Part shown: positions 46,201 through 54,996 of the stretch, piece by piece | How the letters are laid out: each line of letters begins with the position of its first letter | Position numbering within the stretch: the stretch's first letter is position 1 | NCBI GenBank assembly: GCA_016780625.1 | Contig: JADHLN010000001.1 | Coordinates: forward strand, 23,993 to 87,992 | Direction: 5' to 3' | Source: Rickettsiales bacterium | Lineage (GTDB): Bacteria > Pseudomonadota > Alphaproteobacteria > Rickettsiales > JABIRX01 | DNA length: 64,000 nucleotides | Made by a program: the position numbers and the translations under genes | Notes under the pieces: generated by a model | Database searches by the model: none | Seen by the model: the letters and a program-made list of their open reading frames with translations, nothing else | What the model was told of the DNA's origin: nothing

Positions 46201-48843
46201 ATATTTATATATTTATTTATCAAAATAATCCTAACCATGCTGTTTATGGTTGGCCCTATATTTATAATATTTATCTTATTTCAAAGAACTAAAGGAATGT
46301 TTGATGCATGGTTAAATATGTTAATCAGCTATTCATTTCAGATAATATTTTTATTTATCACAATAGCATTTTTCTCAGCATTGGTTTATGATATATTCTT
46401 TCAATTATTTTTCTATCCAGTATGTTGGGATAAAGTATTATCAATAAAAATAGGACATTTTCGAGAATTCAACCTTATATATTTTTGGAAATTTCAAATG
46501 GCTGACCCAAGATATGGTGATATTTATAATGCCTCACTTGGTCCAGATTTTACATCAATTTTATTTTTTCTAACAATAGGTTTTATATTTAAGCAAATGA
46601 TAGATAAAGTAACTGATCTTGGTGATAAAATTGCAGGAGAAGGAGGTATAGGAGCGGGATCATTAGCACAAAACATGATGCAAGACGGCTTTAAAGCAGC
46701 AGGAGAGGCTTTTGGGTTTGTAAGAAAAAATATTGCACAGCCAATAGCTGGAAGAGCAGTTTATGCAGCTGGAAAATTAGGTTATTCAGTTACTAGAGGA
46801 GCAATATCAGGTGTAAAAACAGGAGCAAGCTTAGCAGTTAATAAGCTTGATCCAAGCCTTAAAGATGTAACAGAAAGTGATTCAAGATTAAGGAAAAACC
46901 TTAAGAACATGTTTAAGGATCCATCAGAAGGTATCAAGGAAAGCAAAGATCAAGCAATTAAATCACTAAAGAACTTTGCTAGAAACCCAGTTGAATCAAT
47001 AAAGACAGGTTTTAGGGCATTAGATAGGGCTGATGAGAGCTATAGAAGAGCTGCTGACATAAAAGGTAATTTTAAATCACTAATAGGAGCAAACAAAATG
47101 GATTTTAGTGGTAATATAAAAAATAAAAGTTTTGCTAGTCAAATTATAGATACGAAAAAAAATACTATTAACCAGGCAATGTCTGAAATAAGATCTAAAG
47201 GTGTAACAGGCAAGGAGGCTTCAAATTTAATAGAAAAAAGGCTAAGGGAAAATTTAACAAATTTAGGTGTATCAGATAATCAGCTTGACAAAGATATGGC
47301 TAGCAAAGCATTTGAAAAAATTAAATCTAAAGAAAAATATCGAGGTATAGATTTTTCAAGATTACTAGCTGAAGATCCGGATGATTTTAGAAAAGATTTA
47401 AATAAAGAATTATCAAGAAAAATGAAAGCTCTAGGCTATAAACAAGATTTTTATTTTGATGATATTAAAGATATAAATCTAGATAAAGATGATTTAGACA
47501 AAGCTTATAATGAAAAAATCAAAAATACAGTTCAAGGCAGAATAAATGCAAAAGTAAATCCTATAGCAATAAACCCATTTGAATCAGATCTTGATAGGGC
47601 AGTTAATGCAGAGCGCAAAAACATTAGAAGGAAAGTAAATAGTCTAGATTATTCTGAAAGTGATTTAATTAATTCCAATGAAAAAATTCAAAAGCTCAAA
47701 TATGATTTTAATGATAAAGTTAAAAAACATGAAAAATTAGCTAAAGATCTTGACAAAAAATTCAAAGAAGAGGCAGAATATGAGCCTAGCAAAGAAAGGC
47801 AAGATAAATTTAACAATGAAAATAGAAAATTAATTGAAGAGCTAAAATTAGTAAGAGATAATATTGATTCGTTAGGAGAAAAAATAAAAGATGAAACTGC
47901 AGTAAATGCAAAATTAAAAATAGCAAGCAAATATCACCGCGATGATATTAGAACAAAATATGATGAGTCGAAATTTAAAGCCCAAAGATTAGCTAATAAA
48001 GGTAAGAAAAAGATTGATGAGAAGATAGATGACATGATTGATAAAAAAATTGATAATACTAATATTGCGCCAGTAACAAATGATAGAGATATTAGTTTTA
48101 TGGCAGATTTAGAGAGGGGAAAAGATGAATATGATGATAAACGGAATAATATAAAAGAACGTGAAGAAAAATTTGATGAATATTACCAAGTTTTAAATGA
48201 AATGTTAGATAAAGACAGTGCTGATGCAGCTTTAGAGTTAGATAATGCTAATCCTAATCCTAATCCTAATCCTAATCCTAATAGATTACAGGCTATTCAA
48301 GAAGAATCACAAGAAGAATCACAAGATGACATATTAAGAGAAGAATTAAAAAGTGAAATATATGAAGCTAAAAATATGGATGATTTATATGAAATATATG
48401 ATGGATATGTTGATTATAGAGCTAAAAAAGAAGTTGAAAAAGAGGAGTCTATTCAAGATGAATTATTAGAAGAAATTAATTATAATAAATATGAAGAACT
48501 ATTTGAAGAAAATGAGTATGATAGACCAGCAATAGAAACTGATGATCTTGAGATTGATGATGATCCATATGATCCTGATGTTAGCGATGACTTTATCAAT
48601 GATGATAAAAAAACTAAACAAGACACTAAAAGCTCAATGAAAAAAGAGTCAAAAGAGCAATTTAGCCAAAGAGCTAGAAATTTAACATCGCAAATAAGTG
48701 AAAAGGAAGCAGATCTTGCTAAGCTTCAAAAAGAATTAGAATCAAATAATAATCAATCAACAAGAATTAAAATTATTAGATTAAGAAATGAAATTGCAAC
48801 TTTAAGGGCTAGATTAAGTCAGGAAACATCAAAAAACTCATGA
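43258..48843 (+). CDS. virB6: VirB6/TrbL-family T4SS channel protein, giant paralog 4 of 5 (lipoprotein class; ~730-aa charged tail)
   Basis: 1861 aa. Start ATGATG lies inside the last codons of paralog 3. Lipobox MMKKINSKYIFIAIITLITA|CD. About 845-aa N-domain, core at ~45790-46610 (VMTLYIVFTAIGFLLG...), then a K/E/D/N-rich tail carrying (NP)5 and EESQEESQ repeats. Confidence 0.85.
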   Translation: MMKKINSKYIFIAIITLITACDLNFPCIGSANYGNVSSFNIKIPSNPITLNEEGTETFVELEQTQGLNAKYQSEDLDCGEDGIISKDTNIYNWVNTGITFTDPDDKIIITVNGAANFCTATSLDESLEVGCTQSITKISAHPMSVKEAKIFGFQDPLISEHWQPKIIKSTDSNIEPSCRPNLASPSGVYKLNRAKDLVFKIDIPKIEYYTKDDLTKEAIFNYNSLEQEFKDAIESKETYINLSKLLSARENSYALGSNDASQLRDNALKISGACDVRRIRDENTFEPADDYKIGDIGKLDLIKTLTSWSTSESFDVEIGLFDNKYYALEIPGLSTDEGSSFPTSTMSLKDQDKFIKNPVTKDELALIHGMENIESSDFEVKNCEYEEAYNFDAINIDEQVGLLVLDPEKLKEVELGLENDTKADRKYLEFKGERAQKVKTQNFNYCKQDVYFYKGSEELTGYLRYKLKNIKLLSQGEGGTFCCRDPDSDGENTKVYGIDFTNLDYDDSDRYISPLYDDNDETRDHRCSCKCSDKFGTRDGCDILWQTPKYGDGCYKTSKVGGSQSCGALASGCETGVLQWRNIRWRGDVQYFSENFDNFGFVNINAGASYSCTLGHEAMEFRIGESNERDSIKTLTQKEYRGATWNNYQGTLYARVIDQEILLKKDELGIDNGECHWQKEGKLGDLKTLYNDNSGEYSLSVTIIKDYSDDITQVKNILFDKFDEIFSLDFRKAYFQNLVGRTVVEITDEVNSFYNAIRNTEKSGADAEFERKRLELEKIYNQGTFNYDSLSEEQKADYNSKIAQYNQEKTDSQNRIDTEIDQEIQIEIDDRLENNTPTLQKLIRVVMTLYIVFTAIGFLLGSVQINQTELLFKILKIGFVYTLLSPGSWEYFYMFMDIFENGAADLSMTITKTFLEIGDDSSVQPIDAIYSRIDELIYIFFQPEVHYKISAILFTPFIVGIVLIIMVYYAFFLVLYAIAKSIFIYLFIKIILTMLFMVGPIFIIFILFQRTKGMFDAWLNMLISYSFQIIFLFITIAFFSALVYDIFFQLFFYPVCWDKVLSIKIGHFREFNLIYFWKFQMADPRYGDIYNASLGPDFTSILFFLTIGFIFKQMIDKVTDLGDKIAGEGGIGAGSLAQNMMQDGFKAAGEAFGFVRKNIAQPIAGRAVYAAGKLGYSVTRGAISGVKTGASLAVNKLDPSLKDVTESDSRLRKNLKNMFKDPSEGIKESKDQAIKSLKNFARNPVESIKTGFRALDRADESYRRAADIKGNFKSLIGANKMDFSGNIKNKSFASQIIDTKKNTINQAMSEIRSKGVTGKEASNLIEKRLRENLTNLGVSDNQLDKDMASKAFEKIKSKEKYRGIDFSRLLAEDPDDFRKDLNKELSRKMKALGYKQDFYFDDIKDINLDKDDLDKAYNEKIKNTVQGRINAKVNPIAINPFESDLDRAVNAERKNIRRKVNSLDYSESDLINSNEKIQKLKYDFNDKVKKHEKLAKDLDKKFKEEAEYEPSKERQDKFNNENRKLIEELKLVRDNIDSLGEKIKDETAVNAKLKIASKYHRDDIRTKYDESKFKAQRLANKGKKKIDEKIDDMIDKKIDNTNIAPVTNDRDISFMADLERGKDEYDDKRNNIKEREEKFDEYYQVLNEMLDKDSADAALELDNANPNPNPNPNPNRLQAIQEESQEESQDDILREELKSEIYEAKNMDDLYEIYDGYVDYRAKKEVEKEESIQDELLEEINYNKYEELFEENEYDRPAIETDDLEIDDDPYDPDVSDDFINDDKKTKQDTKSSMKKESKEQFSQRARNLTSQISEKEADLAKLQKELESNNNQSTRIKIIRLRNEIATLRARLSQETSKNS
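48244..48321 (+). repeat. In-frame microsatellite (AATCCT)x5 (+1 degenerate unit) followed by a 12-nt tandem duplication
   Basis: 48250-48279 is AATCCT x5, preceded by AATGCT and followed by AAT; it encodes NANPNPNPNPNPN. 48298-48321 is CAAGAAGAATCA x2 and encodes QEESQEES. Confidence 0.9.
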
Positions 48844-51461
48844 TTAAATTTATAATACTCACAATAATTACATTAATTTTAACATCTTGCGGTGAACCTG
48901 ACTGTATAGATGCTAGTGACTTTGGTGAACCAAAATTTCTTCTAGGATCAAAAGGAGAAGATGTAAGTGCTAAAATTGAAGATAATGAAACATTAGATTT
49001 TCTTAAAGTCACTAACTCAACTTATACAGGATACTCACTTAATGGAGAAGATTTAACAGTAATTGTGAGTGGAGCATGGTCACCATGGAGTAATAAAAAC
49101 TTAAAAGATCCCGACTATTCATGTCATAGTAATTATTTAGTTGATAACCCACAGAAAGCAGTTAAACAAAAAGTTTGTAAAGAGGGTATAGGGTTTATTG
49201 AATCTTCAGAAGGTGACTATTATGGTCATAAATTTGAACAAACCCTAGAATGCAACAATGGAACAAGCCAAACTACTATATGTTGGTTTCCATATGGCTG
49301 GGGAGTTATGATAGGATTCTCTGAAGATCAAAGTCCAGTAAATGAGGTTCTTTATCATATGGGACCTGCCATGCAGACAAATGAAATGTCTAAGAAAAAA
49401 GAATATAAGTTACCTAAAAGCACCCTTGAGCAAGTAAAAGAAAAATTAAAAGTTGAGAATTGGGGTTCAATAAAAGTTTTTTTTAGAGTTCATGACAATA
49501 ATTACACAGATAATATAACTGGCTGTATTACAAAAGATATTAGTGGAGCATATCCCAAAACAGATCCAACTGATGGAGATATTTATGAATGCGCTAAACC
49601 AATCCAATTTATATTTACTAGCGGAATTCGAGATGATGAAGCAGGTTTTTTACAAAAGGCTGCTCAAATGTTTATTGAGCCATCAGAAGAGCTAATATAT
49701 TATGCCTATGACGGTTTTATAACTTCTGATAGTTATAAAAATATTTATTACCTATGTTGCCTATTATTTGTAGTATTAATACCACTAGGGTTTTTTACGG
49801 CATATATACAATTATCAATGCAACAGGTAATAGTTTTAATAATAAGATTTGCTATTATCTCCAGTTTGTTGAACCCATCCGGATGGGGGTTTTTTAATCA
49901 ATATGTAAAAACATTTTTTTGGGATGGAAGTAGTGAGCTAGCCAAATTAATTGTTGATACAACAAATTTATCAACTACAGAGAGTGAAGCTGTAGCAATA
50001 GAAATAGGAGATAATATTGATGCTAATATTTTAGCTCAAGCTGATGATAGTATAGAAATGCTTTTTTCAAGTGCAATTAATGGTAAGTTAATGTCATTAA
50101 TTTTTTCACATAAATTTGGTATCTTAATTGTCATAGCCCTATATTTTGCTTTTTTTGTTTATATATTTGCAGTATTAAAGCTTGCGGTAATATTAATATT
50201 TTTATTTATTGCTATGAGTATTTTAATGGCATTAGCACCAATATTCTTAATTTTTGCTTTATTTCAATATACTAGAGAGCAATATTTTGAAAAATGGTTA
50301 CAATCATTAATATCAGTAGCCTTGCAGCCTATGATGTTATTTACCTTTTTTGGCATGTTTATGGCAGTAATAAACACCTATCTCTATAATATGTTATATT
50401 TTGAGGCATGCTGGAAAACATTAATTAACTTATTAATTATACATATTAAATTTTGGAAGGTTAATAAAGCCTTTGGTCCACCAGACCCTGAAACAGGAAT
50501 AAGACCAGAGCTAGATGGTGAACCAAATATCGAGTTTATGGACATATTATTACTTTTCCTAACTGCTATGGTTATTAGATATGTAACTGATAAAGTTCCT
50601 GAAATTAGTGAAAAAATCGCTGGTGGTTTTTCGCTAGGAGCTATTAGTTCTATAACAAATACTGCATTAAGTGGAGTGGAAAGAGTAGGAGAAGAATTTA
50701 CAAAACTAACTGCAGGAAATATTTGGGAAAGAACAGCTGGAAGAGGTTTGGCGTCAGCAATGGATAAATATGCCCCTACAATTATTAGTAAAAATGCCAA
50801 TAAAATGAGTTTTGGTTTAATTAATAAAACTAAAGCAGAGCAGTTAAGTTCGGCAGAAAGAAAAGTAACAGCTAATTTAAAATCAAAAGGTTGGGCACAA
50901 AAAGACATAGATCAAGCGATGCGATCAGGAAAGCTAAATAAAAAATTAAGCAATGAAATGATTAAACAGAAAGCCAGAGAAAAACGTTATGGCACCAAAT
51001 CTAATAATCCTTTAAAAGTAGGATTAGGCGCTATTAGACAAATAAAAGATAATTTGTCAACTTCAGTTGCTATTGCATCAAGAGGCAAAATATCCTCTAA
51101 ACAAAAGCAGCAGTTAAAAGATATGAAGCTCGATCCTCAAATCAAAAAAATAAGATCTGATAGCAAGCAAAAAACAATGCAAAAAATTGATCAAAAAGCT
51201 GAAAATCTTATTGATGAAAAATTCGGAAAGAATGATCTCAAAGATATTGCAAAAAGCATTAAAAATGACATGAAAGATAATGATGAAGAGATTAATAATT
51301 TACGTGATAAAAATAGTATAAATAGCGATATTAAAGATAGAATGATTGAGCTAGGCTATGACAAAGATGATACAGACAGATTAATGGAAAAATATGAAGA
51401 TGAATTAGATCAGGTATTTGGAGATGATTATAAATATGTTATTAATCTAGATGATGATTAG
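48840..51461 (+). CDS. virB6: VirB6/TrbL-family T4SS channel protein, paralog 5 of 5 (lipoprotein class; ~275-aa charged tail)
   Basis: 873 aa. ATGA start/stop overlap with paralog 4. Lipobox MIKFIILTIITLILTS|CG. About 300-aa N-domain, core at ~49745-50600, charged tail. C-terminus NLDDD. Confidence 0.85.
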   Translation: MIKFIILTIITLILTSCGEPDCIDASDFGEPKFLLGSKGEDVSAKIEDNETLDFLKVTNSTYTGYSLNGEDLTVIVSGAWSPWSNKNLKDPDYSCHSNYLVDNPQKAVKQKVCKEGIGFIESSEGDYYGHKFEQTLECNNGTSQTTICWFPYGWGVMIGFSEDQSPVNEVLYHMGPAMQTNEMSKKKEYKLPKSTLEQVKEKLKVENWGSIKVFFRVHDNNYTDNITGCITKDISGAYPKTDPTDGDIYECAKPIQFIFTSGIRDDEAGFLQKAAQMFIEPSEELIYYAYDGFITSDSYKNIYYLCCLLFVVLIPLGFFTAYIQLSMQQVIVLIIRFAIISSLLNPSGWGFFNQYVKTFFWDGSSELAKLIVDTTNLSTTESEAVAIEIGDNIDANILAQADDSIEMLFSSAINGKLMSLIFSHKFGILIVIALYFAFFVYIFAVLKLAVILIFLFIAMSILMALAPIFLIFALFQYTREQYFEKWLQSLISVALQPMMLFTFFGMFMAVINTYLYNMLYFEACWKTLINLLIIHIKFWKVNKAFGPPDPETGIRPELDGEPNIEFMDILLLFLTAMVIRYVTDKVPEISEKIAGGFSLGAISSITNTALSGVERVGEEFTKLTAGNIWERTAGRGLASAMDKYAPTIISKNANKMSFGLINKTKAEQLSSAERKVTANLKSKGWAQKDIDQAMRSGKLNKKLSNEMIKQKAREKRYGTKSNNPLKVGLGAIRQIKDNLSTSVAIASRGKISSKQKQQLKDMKLDPQIKKIRSDSKQKTMQKIDQKAENLIDEKFGKNDLKDIAKSIKNDMKDNDEEINNLRDKNSINSDIKDRMIELGYDKDDTDRLMEKYEDELDQVFGDDYKYVINLDDD

Positions 51462-51488
51462 AATAATAAATATATCTAAAGATGTATA

Positions 51489-52328
51489 ATGTTACTAAAA
51501 TCATATGCAAAGATTAATTTATATCTAAATATATTATCTAAAACCAGGGGTTACCACAATATAGATAGTTTATTATGCTACATTGATTTATATGATATAA
51601 TTCAAGTTGATCAATCTAATAAATATGAACTAAAAGCTGATTATGAGATTAGCTCAAATGAAAATATTATAGCAAAAACCATCATTAAATTTAACCATAA
51701 ATATGGAGTTGATAAAAATTTTAAGATCATTCATGCAAAAAAAATACCTATAGGCGGAGGTATGGGAGGTGGGTCATCAAATGCTGCAACAATATTGAGA
51801 TTTTTATATAATTTTTATAATATAAATGAGCATATAGATAATAAAATAACTTTAGCTCATGAAATAGGTTCAGATGTTCCGTTTTTTATGCAAGATAATG
51901 CTAGATATATATCATCTTTAGGCGAAAATATAGGTGCTAAATGTGAAATATTTGAATTACCTATAATATTAATAAACCCCATAAAAATTAATGATACAGG
52001 AGCAATATTTGCAAAATTACAAAAAAAAGATTTTTCTGGTGCAAATAATTTCAAGCCTAGTTTTTTTAAAGATAAAGACGATTTTATTGAATTTTTAAAG
52101 CAAAACCAAAATGATTTATATAATGCTGCTATTATAGATTCACCTTTAATTAAAGACATACATGATTTTTTACTTAGTAATAATATCTTTGTAAGACTTA
52201 CAGGATCTGGTTCTACATCATTCTCAATTTGTAAAGATGAATCTGAGCAAAATAATATTTTTAATAAATTAAAAAAAAGATTCCCTGGTTTTTTTATAAT
52301 TAAAACAAAGATACTAAATAGAATATAG
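51489..52328 (+). CDS. ispE: 4-diphosphocytidyl-2-C-methyl-D-erythritol kinase
   Basis: 279 aa with the GHMP-kinase motif PIGGGMGGGSSNAA and an N-terminal AKINLYLNI. Confidence 0.9.
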   Translation: MLLKSYAKINLYLNILSKTRGYHNIDSLLCYIDLYDIIQVDQSNKYELKADYEISSNENIIAKTIIKFNHKYGVDKNFKIIHAKKIPIGGGMGGGSSNAATILRFLYNFYNINEHIDNKITLAHEIGSDVPFFMQDNARYISSLGENIGAKCEIFELPIILINPIKINDTGAIFAKLQKKDFSGANNFKPSFFKDKDDFIEFLKQNQNDLYNAAIIDSPLIKDIHDFLLSNNIFVRLTGSGSTSFSICKDESEQNNIFNKLKKRFPGFFIIKTKILNRI

Positions 52329-52329
52329 A

Positions 52330-53421
52330 TTAGTTTTCAATATATTTTATATTATAACGACCCTTGAGAGATGTTAATATCTCATATGAAATAGTATTGG
52401 CTTTGTGAGAAATATCATCAATCTTAACATTATCACCTATTAACTCCGCATCATCACCAATATTGATATTATTAGCTTTGTCGTTACTGATATCAATAAT
52501 TGTCAAATCCATAGATATTCTACCAATAATTGGGTAATAATTTTCATTAATAAAACAATCGGCTTTATTTGACAATATCCTTGCATAACCATCTGCATAA
52601 CCTATAGGGATAATAGCTATTTTAGAATTTTTAGCTATAGCTTTGTCAGAGCCATAACCAACAAAACCATCTTTAGATATGTTTTTTATATCTATAATTT
52701 TTGCGCTTAATTTAATTATATTTAACATTGGGTTAGTATTCTTATATGGGCTAGGGTTTACTCCAAATATAGCAACACCTGCTCTTACCATATCAAAGTG
52801 AAATTTTTTATCTAAAAATATAGCTGAAGAATTGGCTAAAGAATATTTAGAGTGCGGAAAATATTTAGTAATTTTGTTAAATCTATCAAATTGCTTATTA
52901 TTATTTGAAACAAGCTCTGATGCACATGCCAAATGACTCATGATATATTTAACATTCAGCATTTTATAGTCATAATTATAAAAATATTCATAATCATTAT
53001 ATTCAATACCTAGCCTATTCATCCCAGTATCAAAATGCAAAATAATATCTAAAGGCGTATTTTGCAACTGAGCAAATTTTGAGCTAATATTAAGTTGCTC
53101 CTTAGAGTTAATAACAGGGGTTATTTTATAATCTAAAAATGCTTGGGCTTCATTATTCTTTATTCCATGAAAAACATAAATATTAATATTTTTATTAAGT
53201 TTTCTTATTGATATTGCTTCATTTATATTAGCTACAAAAAAATCATTGCAATCCGCAGAAATTAATGTTTTTAGAATTTTTTCAACTCCCAAGCCATATG
53301 CGTTGGCTTTGATTGTAGCAGCGCAGATGGAATTGTTTGCTTTGTTTTTTAAAGATAAATAATTTTTTTTTAACTTATTTAAATCAATTTCAAGTGTGGA
53401 ATCAAAAAAGGAGTGTTTCAT
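52330..53421 (-). CDS. alr: Alanine racemase
   Basis: 363 aa with PLP-Lys motif TIKANAYGLG and a C-terminal GRISMD region. Confidence 0.9.
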   Translation of the reverse strand: MKHSFFDSTLEIDLNKLKKNYLSLKNKANNSICAATIKANAYGLGVEKILKTLISADCNDFFVANINEAISIRKLNKNINIYVFHGIKNNEAQAFLDYKITPVINSKEQLNISSKFAQLQNTPLDIILHFDTGMNRLGIEYNDYEYFYNYDYKMLNVKYIMSHLACASELVSNNNKQFDRFNKITKYFPHSKYSLANSSAIFLDKKFHFDMVRAGVAIFGVNPSPYKNTNPMLNIIKLSAKIIDIKNISKDGFVGYGSDKAIAKNSKIAIIPIGYADGYARILSNKADCFINENYYPIIGRISMDLTIIDISNDKANNINIGDDAELIGDNVKIDDISHKANTISYEILTSLKGRYNIKYIEN

Positions 53422-53429
53422 TGTTTTTT

Positions 53430-54857
53430 TTAGGATTCTTTAGCAAGATTATCAAATTTAGTAGTATTAGCATTAAATCTAATTTCAACATTTCCAATTG
53501 GTCCATGTCTTTGCTTTGCAATAATTACTTCAGCTTTATTCATTGCTTTTAATGCTTTGGCCTCCCAATCTGCACGATTTTTTGCGTCAATATCGGGTTC
53601 CATTCTTGAAAGATAATACTCTTCACGATAAATAAACATAACAACATCAGCATCTTGCTCTATACTACCTGATTCTCTTAGATCTGAAAGCTGTGGTCTC
53701 TTATCTTCTCTATTTTCAACTGCTCTAGATAATTGAGATAATGCAATAACAGGGATATTTAATTCTTTAGCAATGGCTTTTAAATTTTGAGTAATTTCTG
53801 TAATTTCTTGAACTCTATTATCTGTATTAGAGGACCCTCTTACAAGTTGTAAATAATCTATTATAAGCAAGCCTAAATTTTGTTGCCTTTTAAGTCGTCT
53901 TGCTCTTGTTCTGATAGCAGAAATTGACTGAGCAGGAGTATCATCAATAAAAAATCTAAGCTCATGTAAATCTTTATTTGCTTTAACAATTTTGTTAAAA
54001 TCTTCTTTTGAAAAATTACCGCTTCTAAATTTTTTGGCGTTAACCCCTGATTTCATTGAAATCATTCTACTTGCTAACTGCTCAGATGACATTTCCAGGG
54101 ACAGAAATCCTACTGATTTATTATCTTCAAGATTAGCAAAATATTCTGCGCAATTTAAAGCTACATTAATAGCAAGGGCTGTTTTACCCATAGAAGGCCT
54201 TCCAGCTAGAATAATTAAGTCAGAATTTTGCATTCCTCCAAGTAATTGATCTAGATCTAGAAGCTCTGTTGGTAAGCCACAAAAATCATCAGATTCAAGG
54301 GCTGCCTGAACAGATGTTAAAGTATTATTAAGAGATATATTAAGCTTTTGATAGTCACCTTCAAACTTTCCTTCGCTGGCTAGTTTAAATAGTTTTTGTT
54401 CTGTTTCTTCTATAAGAGAGGCGGAGGCTTTTGGTTTAACAGAAGATGTAATATTATAAACCAACTCTCCGCCTAAATCTTTAAGCTTTCTTTTTAAATA
54501 AAGGTCAAAAATTAACTTTGCATATTCCTTTATATTCAGCATGCTAGTTGCAGATGCTGCTAGATCAAATAAATATTTACTACCTCCAAAATTTTTTAAT
54601 TTTTCTTCTTTTTCAAAATTTGCTTTTAAAGTAACAGGCGTTGCAATAAGTCCTTGAGAAAAATGATCGACAATATTTTGATATATTTCCTGATGAACCG
54701 GCTCAAAAAAATGCTCTGAGTTTAAAAAATCTCCAACTTTACTATATGCTTCATTATTTGTAAGTAAATTACCCAAAACTAGTTGTTCAGCTTCTATGTT
54801 TGATGGTTGGACATTAATATTATCCTCATTATTAGTGATATTGTTATAGAGTTTCAT
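53430..54857 (-). CDS. dnaB: Replicative DNA helicase DnaB
   Basis: 475 aa. PSNIEAEQLVLG, Walker A GRPSMGKTA, IIDYLQL and RESGSIEQDADVV. Confidence 0.95.
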   Translation of the reverse strand: MKLYNNITNNEDNINVQPSNIEAEQLVLGNLLTNNEAYSKVGDFLNSEHFFEPVHQEIYQNIVDHFSQGLIATPVTLKANFEKEEKLKNFGGSKYLFDLAASATSMLNIKEYAKLIFDLYLKRKLKDLGGELVYNITSSVKPKASASLIEETEQKLFKLASEGKFEGDYQKLNISLNNTLTSVQAALESDDFCGLPTELLDLDQLLGGMQNSDLIILAGRPSMGKTALAINVALNCAEYFANLEDNKSVGFLSLEMSSEQLASRMISMKSGVNAKKFRSGNFSKEDFNKIVKANKDLHELRFFIDDTPAQSISAIRTRARRLKRQQNLGLLIIDYLQLVRGSSNTDNRVQEITEITQNLKAIAKELNIPVIALSQLSRAVENREDKRPQLSDLRESGSIEQDADVVMFIYREEYYLSRMEPDIDAKNRADWEAKALKAMNKAEVIIAKQRHGPIGNVEIRFNANTTKFDNLAKES

Positions 54858-54996
54858 TTAACCTAAACTAGTATTTCTTATATTTCATATGATTAAGATC
54901 AAACTTGCATTTTTTTTTGATCATGGTTAATTATAGAGTGTTTTTTATTTTAAAAACTATATTTTAGATCTATAACTGCAAAAAAGCAAAGTTAAA

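Noticed and set aside
48250-48282. A short tandem repeat, considered as a possible CRISPR array or mobile-element terminus.
   Set aside because: The units are 6 nt long, contiguous with no spacers, and in-frame inside a CDS. It is a coding microsatellite, not a CRISPR array or an inverted-repeat terminus.
50384-50908. A 174-aa antisense ORF inside VirB6 paralog 5.
   Set aside because: It is the shadow frame of a gene with a clear VirB6 core and tail. It has no start context, no motifs and a hydrophobic low-complexity translation.
30515-51461. The T4SS block considered as an integrative conjugative element or genomic island.
   Set aside because: I saw no integrase, relaxase, coupling protein, tRNA target, flanking direct repeats or compositional break. 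The flanks are housekeeping genes packed at the same density, and the layout matches the chromosomal rvh effector-type system.
54897-54922. The inverted repeat GATCAAA-N12-TTTGATC in the dnaB/pdhA divergent intergenic region.
   Set aside because: The arms are only 7 bp and AT-rich, with a T-run in the loop. This is within chance expectation for this composition, and there is no second copy or known motif.
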